From assembly GCF_044792175.1 (NCBI RefSeq), contig NZ_CP172866.1: 64,000 nt of DNA; one strand, written 5' to 3'. Both the position numbers and the translations under genes were made by a program. Of this stretch, positions 56,034 to 64,000 are shown one piece after another. How positions within the stretch are numbered: position 1 is the first letter of the stretch; each line of letters opens with the position of its first letter. The stretch is from Corallococcus coralloides (GTDB lineage: Bacteria; Myxococcota; Myxococcia; Myxococcales; Myxococcaceae). A model generated the notes under the pieces. It had not been told where the DNA came from and made no database searches. It saw nothing but the letters and a program-made list of their open reading frames with translations.

Positions 56034-58130
56034 ATGCCGAAAGCAGGGAAGATCCTCGCGGATCTCAACATCTCCGACTTCATCCGGGACATGGGGCTCG
56101 CCATCGCCGAGGCCCAGACCAAGCTGGACACCAACAGCGTGGATCAGACGCTGCGCATGGGGCAGACCGTCCTGCCGGGCATGACGCAGAACCTGCTGGC
56201 CCTGGGGTTGCGGCCGGCCTTCTACCACTTCCAGTACGCCGACCTGGAGGTGAACCTCAACGTCTACTACTCGACCACCATCGACGTGGGCGCCAACTTC
56301 AACTACGACAACGAGAACGAGTCGAGTGAGTACAGCCTCGAGACGTCCTCCGCCAGCGGCAGCGCCACCCTCACGGTGCAGGACGGCGAGGGCATTCCCC
56401 CCTACGCCTGTCTGGCGTTGGTGGCCAACGCGCCGGGCCACCTCACGGTGGGCACCACCAGCTACGCGCTGGACGGCGGCGTGGGCCCCAACAGCAGCGG
56501 CCTGCCCGTCACCCGCCAGGACACGCTGTGGGAGACGGCGCAGGAGCTGCTCGTGGCCCTGCGCAACAACTCCGTCTGGACGAACCAGGCCGCGGGGGAC
56601 CTGCAGGGCGTCTTCATGGACTGGGAGATGCAGTCGGGCGTCACCGCCAGCACCAACCGCCCGGACCTCTACGCCATCAACCGCTCGGTCATCACCGTGC
56701 GGACCTCGCCGCAGGCGGCGCCCGGCGACAACCTGGTCATCGCGCGGCTGGGCAGCGTGACGCCCGCGCCCGCGCTGCTGCTGCCGGCCACCAACGGCAC
56801 GCGCTACACCAGCACCGCGGCGACGGTGGGCGCGGCGCTGGCGGACATCGGGCAGCAGGTGGACCCGGCGGCCTTCGTCGTCGTCTCCGGCGCTGACTGC
56901 AACCGGGCCATCTACTTCGACACCGACGTCCACGACGTGCCCACCACCACCTACGGCACGGACCGCGAGCCCTCCGCCATCCTCGACGCGGTGGCGGCGC
57001 TGCTGGCGGAGCACCCGTCCGCCTCGCTGGACCTGGAGGGTTGGGCGGATCAGCGCACGCCGCCGGCCCCCGGCTACAACCAGCGCCTGTCGCAGCGGCG
57101 CGCGGACTTCGTCCTGCGGGCGCTGACGTCGCGGGGCGTGGCGGCCAGCAGGCTCAAGGCCCGGGGCATGGGCGCGACGGTCAGCTTCAGCAGCTCCGAC
57201 CTGGCGGCCAACCGGCGCGTCGTCTTCCAGTTCTCCGGCGTGCCCGCGTCGCTGGTGGCCCGCACCGGCGCGGCCACGGCCGCCTTCGACCCCACGGGGA
57301 CGGACCGGGAGGCCCGCATCGTGCCGCGCACGCGCGCCGCCGCGAACGCGCCCACCACGGCCGTCGTCACCTTCCGCGGCACGGACTTCACCCAGGGCAC
57401 CGCGTCCCAGGGCACCACCTTCGCGGTGGGCGCCACCGCGGAGTCCACCGCCGCCAACCTGGCCCGCGCCATCCGCGACGCCAACGCCAACACCGCCTTC
57501 GGCGCCTTCGCGCGCGGGGACCGCGTCTACCTGTACGGCACCGGTGACCACGCCCTGTTCACCCTGTTCGCGCGCACGCCCACCGCGCCGGCCCTGTCCG
57601 CGGCGGGCTCCATCCGCGTGGCCCGCCGCTTCGGTGACGGCCGCCCGCCGGCCTCGCCCCAGCCGCGCGACACCGTCGTCATCGACAACGTGCAGTTGGT
57701 GGCCGTGGAGGCAGGCGTCGCCCCGCAGCCGGGGCAGTTCACGCTGGGGGTGACGGCCGCGGACACGGCGCGCAACCTGGCCGCCGCCATCACGGCGGGC
57801 TCCAGCTCCGGCGTGCTGGCCGCGGGCCTCCAGGCCCAGTCCGCGGGCAACATCGTCACCGTCTCCGGCCCCTCCGGCACCATGCTGGGCACCAGCAACC
57901 CCGCCGCGTTCCTGCTGTCGGCCAACCGCATCGCCGGCAAGCCGTCCGCGGACCGCGAGGAGAGCTCCGAGCGCGAGCTGCGCGCCCTCAACGTGGATGC
58001 GCACGCTTCGGTGAAGTACGAGATGAGCGTGTCCGGCAGCTCGACCATCAAGGCCCGTCTGGTGGCGGTGCCCGCGCCGCCCCAGTTCCTCCAGGCCATC
58101 GGCGACTACCTCGAACGCTGGTACCCGTAA
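56034..58130 (+). CDS. Large member of a paralogous family (N-terminal ...AIAEAQ..LD motif) fused to an OmpA-like peptidoglycan-binding module
   Basis: The N-terminus reads ILADLNISDFIRDMGLAIAEAQTKLDTNSVDQ...LGLRPAFYHFQYADLEV, matching the family motifs. The middle reads LDLEGWADQRTPPAPGYNQRLSQRRADFVLRALTSRGVAASRLKARGMG, an OmpA C-terminal-like core. There is no signal peptide. Confidence 0.7.
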   Translation: MPKAGKILADLNISDFIRDMGLAIAEAQTKLDTNSVDQTLRMGQTVLPGMTQNLLALGLRPAFYHFQYADLEVNLNVYYSTTIDVGANFNYDNENESSEYSLETSSASGSATLTVQDGEGIPPYACLALVANAPGHLTVGTTSYALDGGVGPNSSGLPVTRQDTLWETAQELLVALRNNSVWTNQAAGDLQGVFMDWEMQSGVTASTNRPDLYAINRSVITVRTSPQAAPGDNLVIARLGSVTPAPALLLPATNGTRYTSTAATVGAALADIGQQVDPAAFVVVSGADCNRAIYFDTDVHDVPTTTYGTDREPSAILDAVAALLAEHPSASLDLEGWADQRTPPAPGYNQRLSQRRADFVLRALTSRGVAASRLKARGMGATVSFSSSDLAANRRVVFQFSGVPASLVARTGAATAAFDPTGTDREARIVPRTRAAANAPTTAVVTFRGTDFTQGTASQGTTFAVGATAESTAANLARAIRDANANTAFGAFARGDRVYLYGTGDHALFTLFARTPTAPALSAAGSIRVARRFGDGRPPASPQPRDTVVIDNVQLVAVEAGVAPQPGQFTLGVTAADTARNLAAAITAGSSSGVLAAGLQAQSAGNIVTVSGPSGTMLGTSNPAAFLLSANRIAGKPSADREESSERELRALNVDAHASVKYEMSVSGSSTIKARLVAVPAPPQFLQAIGDYLERWYP

Positions 58131-58139
58131 GGAGTCCCC

Positions 58140-58643
58140 ATGCCCGGAAACAACACCACGCAGGGCCAGCGCGCGATGATGACGGTGCTGGACGCGCCGC
58201 TGCCCGAGCTCATCGAGCGGCTCGGGCGCGCGGTGGCGGACGCGCAGCACGCGCTGGACGTCAACTCGCTGGACATCGCCAAGCGCATGTCCGAGCGCAC
58301 CGTGGACCTGGGCGACGGGCAGTTGTGGAGCCTGCTCGCGCTCGGCTTCACGCCCACGTTCTACGCCTTCGCCGAGGCCACGCTCGAGGCGAAGCTCACC
58401 TTCACCATCCGCGAGTCCACGGAGTTCTCCGTGGGCGGCGGCGCGACGGGCGGCATGGCCGGCATCTTCTCCGTGACGGTCAACGCCGAGTACAGCCGCA
58501 AGTACGGCTTCGAGGTGCAGGGCGCCAGCTCCATCGCCGCGCGGCTGGTGTCGCTGCCTCCGCCCGCGCGCCTGCACCAGTTGCTCAACGAGATCGCCGC
58601 CCAGCCGCCGCTCCCCGCGGCCTCCACCAATACCTCCGCCTGA
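58140..58643 (+). CDS. Paralogous family member (small)
   Basis: The protein has LIERLGRAVADAQHALDVNS...LGFTPTFYAFAEATLEAKL...SIAARLVSLPPPA. Confidence 0.6.
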   Translation: MPGNNTTQGQRAMMTVLDAPLPELIERLGRAVADAQHALDVNSLDIAKRMSERTVDLGDGQLWSLLALGFTPTFYAFAEATLEAKLTFTIRESTEFSVGGGATGGMAGIFSVTVNAEYSRKYGFEVQGASSIAARLVSLPPPARLHQLLNEIAAQPPLPAASTNTSA

Positions 58644-58665
58644 AGCGCGCAAGGATCCAGACACC

Positions 58666-59238
58666 ATGCCCAACGTCGGTCAGGAACTGCTGAACGTCCC
58701 CATGGGGGACATGATTCGTGAGATGGCGACCGCCATCGCGGAGGCGCAGCTCGAGCTGGACAAGAGCGGGATGCTCGTCGCGGAGATGATGAGCGGCGAG
58801 GCGCTGCTGCGGGACGCCGACGGGAACATCCAGCTCGACGGCTCCGGCAAGCCCATCCGGGTGGACACCAAGGTGTCCTTCGCGGGCACGCCCTCGTCCA
58901 TGATGGAGCTGGGCTTCGCGCCCAACTTCTACCAGTTCGTGGACACCATCATCGAGGTGAAGATCGCCATCAAGATGACGGAGAGCACGGAGAGCAAGGT
59001 GGCGACGCAGAGCACCTCGCGGACGGCCGGCGGGCTGCGCCTCTTCAAGCGCGGCGGCGCGCCCCAGGCCGTGGTGACGACCGTGGACGCCAGCTACACG
59101 CGCAAGTACGACTACAGCGTGGAGGGCTCCAGCCTGCTGCGCACCAAGCTGGTGCCGGTGCCTCCGCCGGCCCTCTTCGAGGAGCGGGTGCGCGCGCTCA
59201 TCGCGTCCAGGGCCGGCACCACGCCCACCACGAAGTAG
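58666..59238 (+). CDS. Paralogous family member
   Basis: The protein has LLNVPMGDMIREMATAIAEAQLELD...LGFAPNFYQFVDTIIEVKI...YSVEGSSLLRTKLVPVPPPA. Confidence 0.65.
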   Translation: MPNVGQELLNVPMGDMIREMATAIAEAQLELDKSGMLVAEMMSGEALLRDADGNIQLDGSGKPIRVDTKVSFAGTPSSMMELGFAPNFYQFVDTIIEVKIAIKMTESTESKVATQSTSRTAGGLRLFKRGGAPQAVVTTVDASYTRKYDYSVEGSSLLRTKLVPVPPPALFEERVRALIASRAGTTPTTK

Positions 59239-59256
59239 CCCGGGAGAGCGCGCACC

Positions 59257-59847
59257 ATGCCTACCAACTCCATTGGTCAGGATCTGCTCAACGTCCCCTT
59301 CGGGGAGATGGTCCGCAACCTGGGCAACGCCATCGCGGATGCCCAGTACGCCCTGGACAGCTCCTCGCTGAAGATCGCCCAGCTCATGGCGGGCTACCGC
59401 ATCGACGACAGCGGCAACGCCGTGCGGGACGGGGCCGGCTTCGTGAAGCTGGGGACCACCGAGTACCCGCTGCTCCTGCTCGGCTTCACGCCCACGTTCT
59501 ACCAGTTCGTGGAGACCATCATCGAAGTGAAGATGGAGATCTCCATGCACGAGTCCACCGATGACTCGACCCAGACGCGCGACCGCAAGGTGGACCGCGA
59601 CAAGGGCATCCTCACCACGCTGGTGAAGGGCCACAAGAGCCACGTCACCACCGTCACGGCCAAGCACTCGCAGAAGTACAGCTATTCCGCCGAGGGCTCG
59701 AGCCTCATCCGCACCAAGCTGGTGCCCATTCCCCCTCCGGCGGCGCTCCAGCAGATCTGCGCGGAGATCGCCAAGGGCCTCAAGGGCACCGCGGAGGGCG
59801 AGGCCGTCAGCGGGAAGATCGACACCGCCGTGGGCAACGTCACCTGA
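59257..59847 (+). CDS. Paralogous family member
   Basis: The protein has LLNVPFGEMVRNLGNAIADAQYALD...LGFTPTFYQFVETIIEVKM...YSAEGSSLIRTKLVPIPPPA. It is about 40% identical to the preceding gene product. Confidence 0.65.
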   Translation: MPTNSIGQDLLNVPFGEMVRNLGNAIADAQYALDSSSLKIAQLMAGYRIDDSGNAVRDGAGFVKLGTTEYPLLLLGFTPTFYQFVETIIEVKMEISMHESTDDSTQTRDRKVDRDKGILTTLVKGHKSHVTTVTAKHSQKYSYSAEGSSLIRTKLVPIPPPAALQQICAEIAKGLKGTAEGEAVSGKIDTAVGNVT

Positions 59848-59865
59848 CGCCAAGGGGCGCCGCGC

Positions 59866-60804
59866 ATGTCACACGTCCGTTGGGAAGACCTGCTGGAGGA
59901 GGACGCCGCCGGGGCCTCCGACGCCGCTGGCGCGTCCGCTCCTGCTCCAGGAGCGGACACGCCCGTGCCGTCGCTGGAGCAGGTGGCCGCCAGCGACCCG
60001 GAGCTGGCGGCGCTGCTGAAGGAGCGCCGGCAGCTCGAAGACACGATGAAGGCGCTGAGCGGCGTGCAGGAGGCGCCCGTGGACGAGCGGCTGGCGAAGC
60101 AGTTCCCCGTCGTCCAGCACACGCCGGAGTCGCGCATCGCGGAGCGCAAGCAGCACGAGCGGGACACCGCGCGGCGGCTGCTGGAGCAGAAGCTGTACGC
60201 CCGGCGCCGGACGGAGGCGGAGGAGGCCGAGCGGGTGGAGGAGCTGCGCCGCGAGCGCCTGCAGGCGGGGAAGGCGGCCCGGCGTCAGGCGCAGAAGCAG
60301 CAGACGCTGCGCCAGCAGTGGGCGCGCAAGGCGCGTGAGCGCGCGAAGCTGGCCACGCGGCTGGCGGAGCGCGCCCTGGAGTCCCCGGGCCGGGGCCGCA
60401 TGAAGCTGGGGGAGCTGGGGTCCGCGACCCGGCGGTTGGCGGACGCGGCGGAGGAGGCGCGCTCGGTGGCGCGCAGGCCCCTCGCGCTGGAGAAGGGCCA
60501 GACGCTGCCCTCGCTCGGGCAGGTGGGCCGGGCCCTGGGGGGACGCGGCGGGCTCACGATAGGGAAGGTGGAGAAGGGGGTGGCGGTGGCGCGCGAGCTT
60601 CGGGGGATGGATCCCCGCTCGCTGGACACCGAGGCCCTGATGATGCGCGGACTGGCGATGGCCGGCATGGACATGGAGTCCATGGAGCAGCAGATGGACA
60701 TGGAGATGGAGCGCGCCGGCATGGGCATGGACGACATGGACGCGCGCGACACGGCACGTGACGCGCGGCGGGAACGCGGGCGCCAGGGAGCGCGGGATGA
60801 GTGA
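59866..60804 (+). CDS. Glu/Arg/Ala-rich coiled-coil protein with Met/Asp-rich C-terminal tail
   Basis: The protein has charged heptads (ERRQLEDTMKAL..., RRRTEAEEAERVEELRRERLQAGKAARRQAQKQQ). The tail reads MDMESMEQQMDMEMERAGMGMDDMDARD. Its stop overlaps the next start. Confidence 0.5.
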   Translation: MSHVRWEDLLEEDAAGASDAAGASAPAPGADTPVPSLEQVAASDPELAALLKERRQLEDTMKALSGVQEAPVDERLAKQFPVVQHTPESRIAERKQHERDTARRLLEQKLYARRRTEAEEAERVEELRRERLQAGKAARRQAQKQQTLRQQWARKARERAKLATRLAERALESPGRGRMKLGELGSATRRLADAAEEARSVARRPLALEKGQTLPSLGQVGRALGGRGGLTIGKVEKGVAVARELRGMDPRSLDTEALMMRGLAMAGMDMESMEQQMDMEMERAGMGMDDMDARDTARDARRERGRQGARDE

Positions 60805-61462
60805 CACGACACAGCAGGCGCAGGAGTTGTTCGGCACGCTGGACGAGTACCTGCTCGAGCTGGCCGACGGCCTGGCGAAGGCCCAGCAGGAGCTGGGGGG
60901 CATCTCCGCGGCGGGCGCGCCCGGCCGGCAGTTCACCTACTACGTGCCGAAGCTGGAGTTCGAGCTGCGCATGGACCTGCGGGTGGAGACGTCCACCACC
61001 ACCACCGGACCGGTGGCCAACGGGAAGATATTGAAGATGCGGCCCGTGCGGCTGGCGGACGTGGCCTCTTCGCAGACGAAGACGGAGATCGTCAGCGTGA
61101 TCCGCGGCAGCTTCGTCGCGGTGCCGGCCAACGAGGGCCTGCCTCCGGTGGTGCTGGACGCCCGCTGCGTCATCGGCGACGGGGGCGTGCCGGGCGTGGT
61201 GGTGCGCGTGCGCAACGCTGCGGGCGAGGCCCTGCCGGGCGTGGAGGTGGAGTTCAACCTGGACCGCAGGACGACGCAGTCGCTGTCCGGCGTGGCGCCG
61301 CTCGCGGGCACGGACGTGGTGCTCGCGGTGGTGAGGACGGACGCGGCGGGGGAGGCGCGGACGACGCTGCGCGTGGCGGCCGGCGAGCAGGCCCGCATCC
61401 TGGCGCTCACGGTGGACGCCGCGTCGCGGACGCTGGCGCTGTCCTGTGAGGTGGCTCGATGA
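60797..61462 (+). CDS. Family-related protein (N-terminal ...LAKAQQEL motif) with transthyretin/CarboxypepD_reg-like beta-sandwich domain
   Basis: The protein has MSDTTQQAQELFGTLDEYLLELADGLAKAQQELGG...YYVPKLEFELRM. The C-terminal half reads GVVVRVRNAAGEALPGVEVEF...RTDAAGEA. Confidence 0.55.
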   Translation: MSDTTQQAQELFGTLDEYLLELADGLAKAQQELGGISAAGAPGRQFTYYVPKLEFELRMDLRVETSTTTTGPVANGKILKMRPVRLADVASSQTKTEIVSVIRGSFVAVPANEGLPPVVLDARCVIGDGGVPGVVVRVRNAAGEALPGVEVEFNLDRRTTQSLSGVAPLAGTDVVLAVVRTDAAGEARTTLRVAAGEQARILALTVDAASRTLALSCEVAR

Positions 61463-62190
61463 AGGTCCGGGCCGTGTTCCACAAGGCCACGGGAGTCCCC
61501 GTGGCGGGAATGAAGGTGGCGTGGTGGGTCCCCGCGAAGACGGGCACCTTCGAGCTGCGCGACACCGGGGTGACGAACGAGGCGGGCGTGCTGGAGATGG
61601 AGGTCAGCAGCGCCACCTTCGGCTCCCACCTCCGGCTGGGCTCCGCCGGGGTGGCCACCTTCCCGGTGAAGATGAGCAGCACCCTCATCGACTACGGGAC
61701 GATGGTCGTCCTGGAGCCCGCGAGGGAGGACGTGCGCGCCGTGTCCTCCGCCGCGGTGGAGCCCACCCAGGAGCCCGCCCTGGAGCAGGGCACGTCCCTG
61801 GTGCTGTCCGACAAGCTGAAGTCGGCGGGCCAGCAGATCGAAGCGGTGCGCGCGTCGCTGACGACGGTGCGGTTGAGCACCGTCCGCGTGCGGTGGATGG
61901 AGACGACGCCCGAGGGCGTGACGGAGGCGGAGGCCCAGTTCGTGGAGCAGTCTCCCGCCGCGCCCGAGACGGGCGACGCGCCCGCCCGCGAGGTGCCGGA
62001 CTTCCGGGGGCTGACGGCCTCGGCGGCCCGGCGGCGCGCGGCGGAGTCGGGGCTGCGGGTGGACCCGATGCCGCTCTTCGTCAAGGAGCCCGGGCAGTGG
62101 GGCCGCGTGCTGCGGCAGGTGCCGGAGCCGGGCAAGCCGCTCGCTTCGGGCCCCGTGCAGTTGATCATTGGCCAGGCGATGGAGGGCTGA
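61459..62190 (+). CDS. Beta-sandwich (CarboxypepD_reg-like) + PASTA-like domain protein
   Basis: The ATG overlaps the upstream stop (ATGA). The N-terminus reads GVPVAGMKVAWWVPAKTGTFELRDTGVTNEAGVLEMEV. The C-terminus reads VPDFRGLTASAARRRAAESGLRV...GRVLRQVPEPGKPLASGPVQLIIG, a PASTA-like topology. Confidence 0.55.
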   Translation: MKVRAVFHKATGVPVAGMKVAWWVPAKTGTFELRDTGVTNEAGVLEMEVSSATFGSHLRLGSAGVATFPVKMSSTLIDYGTMVVLEPAREDVRAVSSAAVEPTQEPALEQGTSLVLSDKLKSAGQQIEAVRASLTTVRLSTVRVRWMETTPEGVTEAEAQFVEQSPAAPETGDAPAREVPDFRGLTASAARRRAAESGLRVDPMPLFVKEPGQWGRVLRQVPEPGKPLASGPVQLIIGQAMEG

Positions 62191-62193
62191 ACC

Positions 62194-62862
62194 ATGGCGG
62201 ATTCGAATGACGTCCCCCAGTTGGAGGCGCTGAGCGCGCCGCTGGGCGCGTTGATCTCCTCGGTGGGCCGCGGCGTGGCGGAGGCGCAGCGGGAGCTGGA
62301 CGCGGCGACCATCGAGCGGATCCGCGAGCTCTACGCCTCGGACGAGGACCTGGCGGTGGAGCTGCAGCGCATCGGCTACCGACCGACCTGGTACCACATC
62401 CCCGAGGCCGAGGCGGAGATCGCCGTGGCGCTGTCCATCACCTCGGAGGAGCGGACGCAGGGGCGCACGCGCCTGAAGATGTACGGCGCGCCCCTGGACG
62501 CCAGCTACACCAACCGCTTCGCCTACAGCCTGACGGCGCAGTCGCGGCTGAAGTTCCGCGTGGTACCGGTGCCTCCCTCGCCCCAGGCGGAGGCGCTGGT
62601 GGTGGTGCCGGCGGTGGTGGGGAAGACGGTGGGGGACGCGCGGGCGCTGCTGTCCGCCATCGGCGTGCCCCACCGGTTCCCCAGCGGCGCGGCGGACGCC
62701 GCCCTGGTCCTCTCGGCCTCGGCCGAGCCGGGGACGCTGCTGCCGCGCGGCACCGAGTTGGTGCTCACCGTGCAGACGACCGGCGGAGGGAAGCTCCCGC
62801 CCACCGGAGTCCTCACCCGCTCGCCCGTCCTGGAGACCGTGGCCGCCGAGCCCTTGAAGTGA
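62194..62862 (+). CDS. Paralogous family member fused to C-terminal PASTA-like domain
   Basis: The protein has LGALISSVGRGVAEAQRELD...IGYRPTWYHIPEAEAEI...YSLTAQSRLKFRVVPVPPSP. It then has VVPAVVGKTVGDARALLSAIGVPH...PGTLLPRGTELVLTV. Confidence 0.6.
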   Translation: MADSNDVPQLEALSAPLGALISSVGRGVAEAQRELDAATIERIRELYASDEDLAVELQRIGYRPTWYHIPEAEAEIAVALSITSEERTQGRTRLKMYGAPLDASYTNRFAYSLTAQSRLKFRVVPVPPSPQAEALVVVPAVVGKTVGDARALLSAIGVPHRFPSGAADAALVLSASAEPGTLLPRGTELVLTVQTTGGGKLPPTGVLTRSPVLETVAAEPLK

Positions 62863-62881
62863 ACGGACGGTCCGTGCCGCG

Positions 62882-63316
62882 ATGGAGGCCCCTGGCGCGA
62901 TGAGTGACGCCATCGACCTGGAGGCCCTGCTGGTGGACCTGCGTGAGTCGCTCGCGCGGGTCCAGGCGCGGCTCGGCGCCGGCCCCATCGTGCTGGGGCC
63001 GGTGGAGCTGGAGCTGCACGGCGCGGTCACCGCGGACGGGACGGGGATGCACTTCACCCCCGGAGGCCCCGGCGAGGTGCGGGCCGTGTTCGTCCAGCAG
63101 GGCCCCGAGGCGGCACCGCCCCCCGCGCCGGAGCTGCTGGGCCTGACGCGGAGCGCCGCCGTGCGCAAGGCCCGCCTGGCCGGAGCCTCGCTGGAGGTGA
63201 CGGACGTGCCCTGCCTGTCGCCGGAGCAGGCGGGGCGGGTGTGCTGGCAGCGCCCCGCGGCCGGAGCGCCCCTGACGGAGGGTCACATCGCGGTGGGACT
63301 GTACGTTACCGGCTGA
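62882..63316 (+). CDS. Small protein with N-terminal helix and C-terminal PASTA-like domain
   Basis: The protein has DLEALLVDLRESLARVQARL. It then has PELLGLTRSAAVRKARLAGASLEVTDV...GRVCWQRPAAGAPLTEGHIAVGLYV. The start is ambiguous (62882 or 62900). Confidence 0.45.
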   Translation: MEAPGAMSDAIDLEALLVDLRESLARVQARLGAGPIVLGPVELELHGAVTADGTGMHFTPGGPGEVRAVFVQQGPEAAPPPAPELLGLTRSAAVRKARLAGASLEVTDVPCLSPEQAGRVCWQRPAAGAPLTEGHIAVGLYVTG

Positions 63317-63366
63317 GCCGCGCGATTTTTCACGGAGCCCCGGCGCCAACCCCTAGAGTCGGGCCC

Positions 63367-64000
63367 GATGAGTGCCTCCGCCGACACCCGCGCCCCGCTC
63401 GCCGCCCTGCTGCCCAAGCCCGGCGAGCCCCCACTCGACGCCGACGAGATCCTCAACCGCTTCGTGAGCTACGTGGCCACGAACGGCTTGAGCCTGTACT
63501 CCGCCCAGGAGGAGGCCATCCTGGAGCTCCTGAGCGACAAGCACCTGTTCCTCAAGACGCCCACGGGCTCCGGCAAGTCGCTGGTGGCCATGGCGCTCCA
63601 CTTCAAGGCCATGGCCGAGGGCAAGGTGTCGTTCTACACGTGCCCCATCAAGGCGCTGGTGAACGAGAAGTTCTTCGCGCTCTCCAAGGCCTTCGGCCCG
63701 GAGAACGTGGGCATGCTGACGGGCGACGCGTCCATCAACCGCGAGGCGCCCATCCTCTGCTGCACGGCGGAGATCCTGTCGAACCTCGCGCTGCGTGACG
63801 CGTCCGCGCGCGTGGACGCGGTGGTGATGGACGAGTTCCACTACTACTCCGACAAGGAGCGCGGGGTGGCCTGGCAGATTCCGCTGCTGGCGCTGCCCAA
63901 GACGCAGTTCCTGCTGATGTCCGCCACGCTGGGCGACACGCACGTCATCGAGCAGAGCCTGGAGAAGCTCACCGGCCGCGAGGTGGCCACGGTGCGCAGC
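63367..64000 (+). CDS. DEAD/DEAH-box (DExH) helicase, N-terminal part (gene continues beyond window)
   Basis: The protein has [20 protein letters not shown] (motif I), [11 protein letters not shown] and [11 protein letters not shown] (DExH motif II). No stop is reached before the window ends. Confidence 0.8.

Noticed and set aside
55047-58673. 1208-aa minus-strand ORF
   Set aside because: It is antisense to the novel operon genes. It is G/R/A/V-rich low complexity.
59869-60936. 355-aa minus-strand ORF and 60285..60812(-)
   Set aside because: They are mirror frames of the Glu/Arg coiled-coil gene. Their Leu/Pro/Ala/Arg-rich composition is characteristic of its antisense.

Overview
This 64 kb window is high-GC bacterial chromosome (about 65-70% GC by eye) and is almost certainly myxobacterial. 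It contains a MYXO-CTERM-type tail, a TIGR02265/DUF2378 paralog, thrombospondin-3/OmpA and Kelch lipoproteins, and a Ser/Thr kinase. Gene density is high. Many of the long six-frame ORFs are Arg/Pro-rich antisense shadows of real genes, as expected for high-GC DNA, and I rejected them. The window has four main parts. (1) 0-13 kb is a cell-surface polysaccharide locus. It holds a fused methyltransferase/coiled-coil/two-glycosyltransferase protein and a second SAM methyltransferase. It also holds a GT2/DUF2304/DUF2142 membrane trio, a GT4 and a complete dTDP-L-rhamnose pathway (rfbBDAC). (2) 13-20 kb is housekeeping and accessory genes: YihY/BrkB, HxlR and GST genes, a beta-lactamase-fold hydrolase, a pentapeptide-repeat protein and two paralogous Cys-rich secreted proteins. 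(3) 20.2-28.7 kb is a co-directional cluster that I read as a candidate anti-phage defence island and that I cannot assign to a named system. It has a 1732-aa SF1 (Upf1-like) helicase with a C-terminal DUF559/Vsr-like endonuclease domain. Next is a membrane-anchored coiled-coil DUF4041 + T5orf172 (GIY-YIG-like) protein. Last is a SIR2-like protein with a Pro-rich linker, a transmembrane helix and a C-terminal domain. Its distal part (SIR2 gene and neighbours) is visibly lower in GC (about 48-57% in sampled 60-mers against about 68% in rfb genes). It sits directly downstream of a terminator-ended ABC-F (ybiT-like) gene and near tgt. (4) 54.3 kb to past 64 kb is a long plus-strand operon with start/stop overlaps. 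It begins with a protein built from five tandem ribosomal L7/L12-CTD-like repeats, then a TPR-like protein. Six or more paralogous proteins follow. They share an N-terminal '...AIA(E/D)AQ..LD' motif, a central 'LGF.P.FYQF..TIIEVK' motif and a C-terminal 'S.L.R.KLVP(V/I)PPP' motif. Several are fused to OmpA-like or PASTA peptidoglycan-binding modules or transthyretin-like beta-sandwich domains, yet none has a signal peptide. The operon also has a Glu/Arg-rich coiled-coil protein with a Met/Asp-rich tail and ends with a DEAD/DEAH helicase. I cannot place this paralog family in any family I know, and it is the best candidate in the window for an undescribed system. Other items are a lipoprotein with a PD-(D/E)xK nuclease signature plus an overlapping partner gene (a candidate toxin/immunity pair), a Kelch MYXO-CTERM protein, a Pat-like acyl-CoA-synthetase/GNAT fusion, LysR, NmrA, MnmD, a Cho-like GIY-YIG nuclease and a transglutaminase-like protein. 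I found no rRNA, CRISPR array, transposase or integrase by eye. I did not reliably identify any tRNA.
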